Positions 1-10,010 of a stretch of 64,000 nucleotides of DNA are shown in pieces. A program made the position numbers and the translations under genes. Origin of the DNA: Klebsormidium nitens (lineage: Eukaryota > Plantae > Klebsormidiophyceae). The stretch spans positions 1-64,000 of the forward strand of contig DF237124.1 of the NCBI GenBank assembly GCA_000708835.1, in the 5' to 3' direction. Numbering within the stretch: position 1 is the stretch's first letter; every line of letters starts with the position of its first letter. The notes under the pieces were generated by a model. It was not told the DNA's origin and did no database searches. It worked only from the letters and a program-made list of their open reading frames with translations.

Positions 1-1
1 C

Positions 2-133
2 CGCTTCACTTGCCCTGATTGCACTGAAGAACAAGACACGCGACTGTCTCTATTTCAATCCACATCTTCCTGCTGCGCAAGATTCTATAAGGAGAGAAAT
101 CCGCAGGGACTGCATCCATCTTGGCCGCCATAG
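2..133 (+). CDS. possible 3' end of an upstream orphan gene (CxxC-containing)
   Basis: The frame from base 2 reads RFTCPDCTEEQDTRLSLF...HPSWPP* and stops at 131-133. There is no start in the window and no recognisable homology. Confidence 0.2.
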   Translation, partial: RFTCPDCTEEQDTRLSLFQSTSSCCARFYKERNPQGLHPSWPP

Positions 134-527
134 CGCTTGCGAAGCTCAAACAGCTCGTCCGCACACTAAATTTTTCGACTGCATCTGCATATTTTTGTCT
201 AAGACGCCGACTTATACAATACGCGCGTAGCCTGCTTCAAACACAAACGCGAATAAACGAAACGGAATAGTTCGAAAACTGCGAGCATATGATGACCGCC
301 TTATTTACTACGATCTCGATCGTCAGCAGAGCCGTGATTGAATACAACGCAGCGTGTCGTTGCATGCAAGCAAGCTCTCTGACTCATCTCAGGACTCCAC
401 TTCAAGCAACATGCATAAAGCGAAAGCACGTTGAGTGCGCTTGAAAACTTAACAGCAAGCTTTCTCTTTCCAGAACGACATCTGCGATGCACGCAGCGCT
501 CGCCGCAGGGCTCAAGCGCGCACATCA

Positions 528-1791
528 ATGGCGGCGCAAATGCAAGGACCGCCTCAATCAGCATACACAGAAGAGATTCGCGCTCTTCTGCGCGAAGTTG
601 TCGTGTCCAGCCGGATTGCCACATACGTAAAATTGCACCCAGTAGTTTACGCGACCGCCGAGCAACGCGAAAGACTCTTCAAGATGGGAGCATACAGAGA
701 TCGCGTGGACGCCGGTTTCAGGACGAGACAGGAACTCCGAGAGTTCTTCACTGAGATGGAGGAGACAGTGTCTGCGTTCCACGCCATCTGCGAAGACGGC
801 CTGCAAGTCGCCAATGGTGGGTTCTATAAGCATGCAACAAACAGACTATTGCGCAAATTTCTCCCACAATCTATCTGTGCAAGGACTCCAGGCTCGGCAG
901 TTTTTCCGATGACTCTCTACCTAAACTGTGCTCGATCCTTCTCACACTTCGCCTTGCTTGTCGGTCTTCTTACGCGACTGCCTGTCTCTAAATTGTCAGT
1001 TTCATGCCTTATACAGGGCCAGTCTCGTTTTTATTTTTCACCTTCGCCGACGACTCTGATTCGTTCCTTTCAATACTGCGCGGCTGCTTGCAGACTTCTG
1101 CATCAGATCTTACCTCTCGCAGGAGAAGAACGACTGCTGAAAAAATACCTAGCAGCCAAACTTCATAAGTCTTGCTTCCGACCCAATCTCCGACCTCACA
1201 TTGCAGGTCTTCTCCGAGAAGTACTGCGCACGCTGTACCCCTCCGGCTGTCTACGAGTACGGCATGCTGCACGAGCAAGAATACATTATCCGCTATTACG
1301 GCTGCGAAATTCCGTTCTACATGCTCCGCGAGCTGGTGGACACATACGAATTCGACGGCGCCTATCTGCTGCGCCTGAAGACGCAAATCAAAGTAAGTTC
1401 TTCTCGGCCCGAGTCTCATATGCTTTCCAAGCTAGACAATTGTCGTACGCATCGACGTTCCGCAACTCGTCGTTGTGCAATTCTGCCGCCCGGCGCTATG
1501 ATTTTTCTCTAACTTAGAACAGTGAACCAAACTCTTCACAATCCGCGGCTCTGCACCCTGTGTAACAACATTCAGTCACGTTGACACGCTTCATTCGTTC
1601 CGCAGGCAGAAAATCTCCGGGAACGCTGCCGGAAAGACAACGGAACGCCGGAAACCGTCCTCGCGCGCCGACAGGCGCGTTACTTAGCCCACCGCCGAAC
1701 TCAGACAGATGTCAAGGACCGCATCGGCGCTGCGCAAGAACGTCAAACGAAGGCCATCGTCAATCTCGTAGAATTCTTGAAAGCGGACTAA
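528..1791 (+). CDS. spliced hypothetical protein, possibly frameshifted or element-borne
   Basis: ATG at 528. Candidate intron 817-1122 (G|GTGGGT...CGCAG). A strongly C/G-ending coding segment at 1207-1392 (VYEYGMLHEQEYIIRYYGCEIPFYMLRELVDTYEFDGAYLLRLKTQIK) ends at donor GTAAGT 1393. A phase-0 acceptor at 1605 gives a last exon AENLRERC...VEFLKAD* to 1791. There is an unresolved frame switch near 1170-1255. Confidence 0.5.
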
Positions 1792-2295
1792 ATAGAATGA
1801 ATGAGGTAAAGATAAATGAGCGCCTAGTCGAAACACCCAGAATTTGTGAGAATTGCAGACAATCTGCAGTTCTCAGACGCAGTCAGTATAAATCAGTTCA
1901 CTACTGTTCAGTAGACCATCTGTAACGAAAGAGCAACTGGTAGCTGCTCATATGACAAACACGATAGACATTCTAATATTCGGAAATTCTAGAATTAGAG
2001 TAGTAACTATTGTAGGCAGCAAGTGACATCCGCTAATGGTTTCGATCTCGACAGATTTCCGGCAGTCCACTCACAAACATCCACATTCTATACCAAATTA
2101 TTGGCAAACACGTTTTCAGCATGGTACGACTGCAATTACAAATGTCTGCGAGACTTAAACTTACTTTACGCTGAATCACACCTATTCCAACAGTTTTATA
2201 TAACAGAAGAGGCAAGCCGTGGCCGTCGCCAGACGGCCCTACCATGTACGGTATAGACGGTACCGGTGTACGGGAGCCGAGCAGCCGGCAGGCTC

Positions 2296-2330
2296 AGCCT
2301 TGATCGAGTCAAGGCTTGACTCGATCTAGT
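2296..2330 (+). mobile_element. Helitron-like 3' terminus (hairpin + CTAG|T)
   Basis: Stem AGCCTTGA(2296-2303)/TCAAGGCT(2309-2316), a 9-nt spacer, CTAG at 2326-2329, then T. It overlaps a 25-bp inverted repeat at 2302-2326 with perfect 12-bp arms. Confidence 0.4.
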
Positions 2331-2858
2331 TGCCGGCCGCCCTGCCGGCCGCGAGGCAAAGGACCCGCGACAATGGCACGTGCCGGGGTTCAGGGTCTAA
2401 GGCGAAAAAAAAAGTTTTCCGGGGCATCGAACCTCAATAGCCGTCGAAAACGGGAGTCTGCGATATCAGGTCTTCAACCAATCAAAATTGCTTTCGACGG
2501 GTCGAACCGGGCTTAATAGAGTGTTCCAGTCTGCATTGCCACTTTCCCCTTTTCTGAAACCCCGGGGTCGATTGCGACAGCTCGGTACCGACTTTGTCAG
2601 TATTAACCGAGCTAAAAATGTCGATCGTGGGCATTCACCTCACTTAGGTCAATCATTCTCACAAGCGGAGCGATCATGGTGGCAGTTCACCACCGCATCC
2701 TTCTGAAATCTGGCTTAAGTGTAACGGATATCGCAATCAATGATAGGCTTATAAGTTTAACGTACTTCACTTGAGTGTGGTTCATTATTCATGATATGCT
2801 AGATCGAGAAAATGGTATAATTGACACTCACAATTACAAGAAAGTGGGACTCAGCGCA

Positions 2859-2909
2859 GAACTTTGACGGTTTGCATTACATGGAACTTTTGACGGTTTG
2901 CACTACATG
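2859..2909. repeat. tandem duplication, 2 x ~25 bp
   Basis: GAACTTTGACGGTTTGCATTACATG followed by GAACTTTTGACGGTTTGCACTACATG. Confidence 0.85.
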
Positions 2910-3016
2910 AAATGCAAGAATCATGCGGCAAAAGTCACCTACATTCGAAACGCTCTCCAATTTGCCACGGCTACAATGGCTGCTTGCATATATACCTAGT
3001 GGACTCGGTGGACTTC

Positions 3017-3466
3017 CAGGCATGTCCTGGGCTTGGATTTCCGCGGTGGAAGCAGTTTCCGCGTGTTTCCGCAGAGCTTCCGCGGCTCTTCCGCGCTGCT
3101 TCCGCAGTGGGTCCGCGCTTCCGCAGACTTTCCGCTATGCTTCCGCTGTCTTTCCGCATATATGAGGCATATATGGTTCTTATGTTTCTAGCGTATCATG
3201 TAATCTTTATAAGCTTCATACTTCCGCGCACTAGATCCGCATGGAGTTCCGCATGCTTCCGCAAGCATCCGAGTGCTTCCGCGAGCATCCGCGCATTCCG
3301 CGTCTATCCGCCTTTCCAATCCGCATGCCTTCGCATGGTTTTTACAAACTTTTGCAATCTTTCGCATCTTTCCGCAGATTCCCGCGCTCCTCCGCCATAG
3401 CTTCCGCGCTTTCCGCGAACATTTCCGCAACGCTTCCGCGGTGGAAATCCGAGCCAGGACATGCTG
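3017..3466. mobile_element. MITE-like non-autonomous element (hAT-like) with TTCCGC subterminal repeats
   Basis: Imperfect TIRs: CAGGCATGTCCTGGGCTTGGATTTCC (3017-3042) and GGAAATCCGAGCCAGGACATGCTG (3443-3466). The interior has dozens of (T)TCCGC motifs on either side of an AT-rich core. The flanking 8-mers TGGACTTC and CCTACTTC share 5 of 8 bases. Confidence 0.6.
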
Positions 3467-4259
3467 CCTACTTCCTACGCGTCTTGACCGCCTCCAATCT
3501 TTAAGAGATGTTCTATATGTACTATTTGCCACATTCACGTTCCCAATGCGAGTCACTAGAGGTTTTACTTCGATGAAGTCGCGATTCCCCAGTTGTTTAC
3601 TTAAGCTGTACAGGATCCCATGGGAGATTAGCCTTTTATGAGGCATAAACTTGACGGTTCTGGACTTATTAGCAATCGGATGCTTGGACCCGAAAGAGCA
3701 TCCTCTAACATATGCGGGTGAATGCGACGTCTGTGCCCTCTTCTTAATCGGACCTGCAGAAACCTGTTGGTCTATTGAGCTCCTAAACTACACCAGAAGT
3801 ATGTTTAGCTGGATCAAGTCCGAGTGCCCCGGATCGAATATCACTCCAAGTACCGGAACAACCATCACCATCAGTTGATTTCCTCCTTAGCGGCAGACTC
3901 TTGCTGATAACCTAAATCGACAAACCGAGGACGTTCAGCACCGTGCAGGAGTCGAGTTTGTCTTGGTTCCAACAACACCCCAAGGTCGTGCTCAAAAGCC
4001 TCATGCCTTTCCTGCTACAGTTGACGGTCCATCAGAAGAGTTCAAGCACAGTAGAGAAAATAGGTGACGGTCATTTTATGGACAGCTAAGCTAGGCTGAT
4101 GGCAGCAAGTCGTGGGAGGGCAATGAATGGTAAGTTACACAGCAAAACGAGTGTTATAGTAGCTGATATGAACAGGCTCTGCGAATATACCTTGGATCAT
4201 CTCCTCGATTGCGCTTTGCCGCCGCTCCTCGTGCTGGTCGATCCTCTTAAACAATCGTG

Positions 4260-5821
4260 TCACCGACTTGGTAGATGTCGGTTTAGCTGCCCTTCAAAGT
4301 GATCCACCAGCTGCCTCATCGCCTTTCTGGAGTTGGTCGAACGATGAGTCAAGGTATGCAAAAGCAGACTTGAAAAATCTAGACGAAGCAAGAATATCAG
4401 CTTGAAGTAAGGGATACTTGCGAGTGCAATCTCCATTTCGAAGCAGATGTGCTGAATCGATGCAAACCCGTCAGAAGCTGAGAATAAGGATACATCTGGG
4501 CTGCCAGCTCGCCGACATCTCTCATTTCCTGGTCCAACCTGGGGTATTAGAGGAACAACTTTGCTCAGCGCAGCCGTCGACCGCAACACAGCGTCAGGAA
4601 AACGATACTCCACAACAGTTCGAAGGCACAAATCACAGCCCCTCACAGGCACTGCAAACATCTCCAGTTGAGCACAGCAAACATCACCAGTTGAGCACAC
4701 TCAATAGGACAAGCACCCCTTCACACGCATCCGACCACCCCTGCAATGGGACCATCCGTGTTTTTACTTAACAGTGCACCTTACCGTTGACACTCGTTGA
4801 TGAAACGGTTCCCGCTACTTGCAGCGTCAGTTACTGCATAAGAACAAAACGAGGTGGAATCAGGCACGAGCAGCCCATGCTTGTATTGAACGAGTGACAA
4901 AGCTGATAAGACTAGTGTCTCAAAGGTCTTATCAAAGCAGCGCCCCCAAGGTCATGCAGACTCGATAGGTCAGCAGAGTACCTTCATGGTTCATGGATAT
5001 CATTCCAGTGCGTCTGGTCACCGCAGGTTGAGTTCAAAGATTATAGCCAATGGTGCAAAGCAACATCCAGTTGGGTGAAAGTTAGATGAATTGTTACACT
5101 TATGGTGCCTCACCTGCTTCATGTAACTCCCTGGCCGCTTCGCTGTGGCACTCCAAGTGTTCCAAGGAGCAGTGGGTCACCTGCATGACATCCAGAAGGA
5201 TTTGACCACTGGGTTTACATTTCTAAAGCAGAGACAATCTTGCAATTGACTCAGACTCAATAAGAGTAGGGCCCTCGATCATTCCACAAACTGCAAATGT
5301 TCCTGTGGGACTCTCAACCTGCTTGCCAGTGTATCTCGGCCCGTGCTCCAATAAATGAAGAAGAGGGGCCTGTTTCTCAGAGCTGGCAGGCACTGGCTTA
5401 CATCTGCCAATGATGCTCGCAGTGTTGCCATCAGTTGGACCAGGTTGTTGGCAACATTAGAGGCATCCTTCTCGACCTCCGCAAGCACCTCCACAGCTAC
5501 TGGGATTGACATTCTGCTAGTCGTCCTATTCAGGGGCATTTGGATGGAGAACGGGTCATCCGATGCACGCAGTTCGCTTGGCCTTTCAGGGTCGCTAGAG
5601 GCCCCTTGTAGGCGGCGGGCATACGTCAGAAGCCTCTGCTCAAGATCGTGGCGCGTGCTTTCATTGGACTGCAACGGCAGGTTTGCATCCTCCCCTGCCG
5701 CTCCTTTCTCAGTCTGCTTGACAATATCAGTCCCTTGGTTCTGCTGTGAAGATGATGCCTGACTTTTGAGGACCTCTTCCTTCTGGTGGGGCATGTGACT
5801 GGCGTTGGGCCGTCTTGACAT
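4260..5821 (-). CDS. BORCS6: BLOC-1-related complex subunit 6-like (BORCS6/DUF2365-type) coiled-coil protein
   Basis: Exons ~5821-5402, 5180-5114, 4833-4785, 4538-4494 and 4326-4260 splice in frame via GT-AG. They give ...VEVLAEVEKDASNVANNLVQLMATLRASLAD-VTHCSLEHLECHSEAARELHEA-VTDAASSGNRFINECQR-LDQEMRDVGELAAQI-KAMRQLVDHFEGQL. The start is uncertain. Confidence 0.7.
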
Positions 5822-6437
5822 AATGTCGAAATGTAGACCCCCTAAGCCAATGTCTGGACCGCCTGTGGAGCAGGATCCTGTCGCGCCTGCCCAAGTGTCC
5901 CCTCATCAGGGGACCCTACAGTCGTTTCTGTCTCCTTCTGACTCTCACCGTCTGCAGCTTTACGCATCCTGTGTTGCTGTCCTGTTCCATGAAGCTCGGT
6001 GGGTGCGCCCCAGTGTTTGTGCGCGGGCGAGCAATCTTTGAACGGACTCCATACTAAGCACCACCCACTGACAATTAATCTGCTCTAAACTGAGCGGTGC
6101 TTGCCAATCTCGAAACTGGCGCCCACGATCACCATGAATCTGATGTTCAATCACTTTCTTGCTGTGCAACTTTCCGCCACCATCTTCCCTGTGGGAATTT
6201 CCAGTGAATTGTATTGCTGGCGCTGATGAAATACGTGGGCCCTTTCTACGAATAATACTCGGTCAGGAGCGAATGAAATTTGAAGCAATATGCATTTAGT
6301 AAATTTCGAGTTTGACCACCGCACTATTATTCAATATCAATGTTTTTCGAAATACGCGTGCAACATGAGACACAGGGTTTGCTTGTCCTATGTCCAGTTA
6401 TATAGGAATATATTGAATCGACGTATCGTCGTCTTGG

Positions 6438-9160
6438 TTGGACGCAATGCAGCATTTGCACAAGCGGAGCAAAATGGAGGAGATTGATGGGGCGCACAGG
6501 GTGGAAGCTAATGTCCAAAGGCTTGCCAACGAAACGTCTCGACTGCATCAGCAGCTTGTTTCCCTTCTGACTCAAGGCTTTTCTAAGACACCACCTGTGG
6601 AGATTCAAGGTGCTCAAAACAAAGCCTCTCCTCAAACTTCAACAGGCAATGTAGAGGGAGGTTCTCCATCTGAACCAGGGCCCTCAAGCAGCAAACAGGT
6701 GGCGCAAGGGGCTGAGGATGCTGTGCTTGATGATGTGGCAATTAGACCGGAGAAGTTGGTTCAAAGTGTCGTTGGGGCGCCAGAGCAGCTGGAAAACCCT
6801 GTCAAGGTCGTCGCAAAACTCTTGCAGCAGCAGAATGAGCTCATCACTGCTTATGCACTCACAAAAGGTCAGGAAACGAGCAGGGACTACAAGTTGACAA
6901 AAGAGGAGCTCCTAGTGGAAAGGCGAAATGTTTTGAAGAAGGTGGCAATGAAGATGCATAGAGCTGAACAGGCGATGGAGGACGTTTTGGACAAATGCTC
7001 CATGTACAAGCGGCCAAAATTAAGCAATAACCTTGTGGAAGAATCATGGAAAGGTGAGGATGTCAGCAGTGCCATAGGGGGGTAAGTGTTAGCGCAATTT
7101 TGATTCACCACTGTCCTTTTTCTGACTTTTTCTTTTTTCCTGAGGAAGGATCTGTCTGCCTATCAAGTCCTTGCATACAGAGGCCCATCACGGACTCTTT
7201 GAGATTGGGCTCGCTTGCCCAGCACTTTACTACAAGAAACTTTGCAGAGAGGCACCGTCCTGAACTCCCCCAGTCAATCCCTCACGTCGTCCCCTCCATT
7301 CCACCCCCAAACAAGGGGCAAGGTCCACTTTTAACCGCCCAGGACCCCCTGGCAAATCTCAGCCCCCTTCTATACACTGTCCCAAAGACTCCCCAGCCTG
7401 TTCCTTGTCATCCTTCCCCACCCCCCCCTGCAATGATGCAAAGCTCACGGAGGGGGACGGCGGTGCTTCCGGCACTTACTCCTCCTGCTTCTCGGGGTCG
7501 GATCCACGACCTTGCGTCCAAGCGCTCCTCTTAAAAGTCCTTCCCTTTACCCCCCCCTTCCATTAAGTCTGCGCCGTTATTTACAGGCCCCCAGGTCTTC
7601 TCATCCCCCAGCTACTTCCCGCGTGTTTTACTTGGACTGCTCCTTAAAGAACTCCCCTCAGGCTGCTCTTCATCAGTGATTTTCCCCCCAGATCCAGGAA
7701 TTGTAATTGCTTACTTCCTTTCTAGATTTCGTTTTCCCTCACTGAATTTGTCTCCTTAACCTTGCAGAGGGTCAGAGGCGCATTGCGATTGGGGACATCG
7801 TTTCATATGCTCACAAGATCAGCTACAGCACCTTTGCCCCTCCCAGTTTCATCACGAATCAGGAGCTGCCACCTGGTTTTCAGCCCCCAGCACCGCAAGC
7901 TGAGCACATGAGGGCCTCCGCATTGTATCAGTTCTCGGATGAGGAACTTGGATTCAGGCCTGTTCCGAGCGCAACACCTCTTGAACTGAAAGCGCCCGGT
8001 AAGCCCTGGTCTCTGGATGCAACAGCTCTTTTGATAGTAGCATCCAAAAGGCAAGTGATTACGTCCAAGAATAGCTCCCACTTTTTTTACAATATCTCCC
8101 ACGTGTCCCTTCGATCAAGTAAGAGACGTGGGTACCTCGAAGGGTCGGTTTCTTGAGAACCTTCGTTATCACTTCTGATACTGACCTGAAAACAGCTCCA
8201 ATGTTTGATTCAAACCACCTTCGCTAGGCGCCTCTTATCTCCCAATCTGGTGTTGACTTTCTGACCCTGTGGACACCAACGCTGTCTTTCCTTCCCTTTT
8301 AATGCAATCCTCTTCTGTCCTTACTTTGCAGAGCCATCGGCGAGCGCTCCAGAAGCCCTCCCCAAGCCCCCTCCTGGGTGGAAGCCTGGCATGCCGGTCG
8401 AACTTCCCCCTATGCCACCTGGATGGAAACCAGGAATGGAGCTTCCGCCCCCTCCACTAGCCCTTGCAAACCTGCCCCCCATGCCCCCTGGCTGGAAACC
8501 AGGAGACCCGGTTCCTCTGCCCGTTGTACAGCCACAGATTCCGCCCCCCGGTGAGATATCTTTTCCCTCTGGGCGAACACTCGGCACAATTGACCAACAT
8601 CCGGACCTCTGCTCCGGCACCTCGCGCACGTTCGTCAGGGGGTCTTCACTTCTTAATTTGAATCTTGCAGTGCCCAAGGGAGCTCATACGTTCTTTGTAG
8701 GTCGATGTCTCTTCAAAGCCGAAGCAGCCGTAGAATTCAACCATGTAATGCGGCCATGGTTTTTCCTCAGATCCAGAGGTATCGATTTGTTGCAACCTGG
8801 GACACCTGCCTTTCTCTTTGATTTGACTGGCCCATGAACAAGTTGACGTGTTCGAGTTGTCTTGTTGGATGCCCTGTTCGTCTTGAAGGACAACGTCTGG
8901 AAGACGCAAGTCCACTCAGGCCAATGCTCCTTCTCCAATCATGCCAAGCATTTTCCTTCCGCGCTGACTTGCATATCTGCAATTTCATCTGAAGGCTAAA
9001 GATGTAAAAGCTTTCCTCTTCTGCAGAGCGTCTTCGGCCTCAGGCTCAGCCTATTCAAGTGGCTCATGTCGATCTGGATCTGAACCCGGATTTAGAGGGA
9101 GGCTTCTACTCGTCAGAAAGCGAAGACGAGGATGACGACAGTGAGAGCGAAGAGGAATAA
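6438..9160 (+). CDS. MED4: Mediator of RNA polymerase II transcription subunit 4
   Basis: Exons ~6438-7053, 7768-7998, 8332-8550 and 9027-9160, all phase-consistent. Contains the plant MED4 hallmarks IVSYAHKISYSTFAPP, PPAPQAEHMRASALY, repeated PPGWKPG and an acidic tail (VAHVDLDLNP...SESEEE*). Confidence 0.9.
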
Positions 9161-10010
9161 AGATCATTAGCGGGCTGGTGACGAAAGAAGTGTGTGGTGA
9201 TGCTTATGATCGAGATCAAGTGATCTTTCTTCCGTTGCCCGACTACATGGACACTTTGGCCGTATCAGTGGCCGGATGCCAGCATGATAGACTTCAGTTT
9301 CATTTCATGATATAGTCATGAGACGGTATTGTAAAGTTGCAAAAGGGTTTCCACTTTGAGAACCTACTAAGTCCTTCGTCCATGATCAGCTCTGTAAGTT
9401 TGAAATTGAGCTTCTCCGTCGTCCCTGTTCATGTGATGGTTCACTGTCATACGCAGCATACCAAAGTACTTGCTATAATCCTGCACGCGCGCGCATCTCC
9501 GGATTGATGCCGCTAGCTGGTCGGACAATTGGATTCGGGACGGTAAACTTCAGACTCACCAGCCGGATAAGATAGTTTGACATTTCAGCGCTGCTTATAA
9601 GGTGAATTCAACCATGCAAATGTCACTACATTCGTATATGGCCCATGCGTAAACCACTCTTCCAAGCAATCTCATCATCATTACATGACGTACACCTTGC
9701 ATCATGCAGCCTTGATGCATAACCTGCCTGCATGCATGCACTGGCACGGTGCACAGATATTGCATGAACAACGACCACCATCCAGGCGACGGTGCGTACG
9801 CAAAAATTGTAGCTGTGCAACAGCAGTCAGATTGATTGCAGCCTGTGAAAAGCCACTGACTGGATGATCAAGCTTGAACGGACATGCCTCGCGAGGCCCT
9901 TAACAACATATATCAACAATTGCAAGATTTTGGTCTACTCAAATTGCGCTCTGCAAAAAATGGTAAACTGAATAGTACCTAGCTTCCCAATGTCTCTTGC
10001 AATGTAAGAA

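Noticed and set aside
2912-3646. Cluster of overlapping 80-160 aa ORFs
   Set aside because: Artefacts of the TTCCGC-rich MITE, which lacks stop codons.
3651-4100. Possible small plus-strand gene
   Set aside because: No consistent exon chain and no recognisable motif.
7100-7534. Pro-rich 144-aa ORF
   Set aside because: Lies in MED4 intron 1. It is C-rich low-complexity sequence and is not needed for the MED4 frame.
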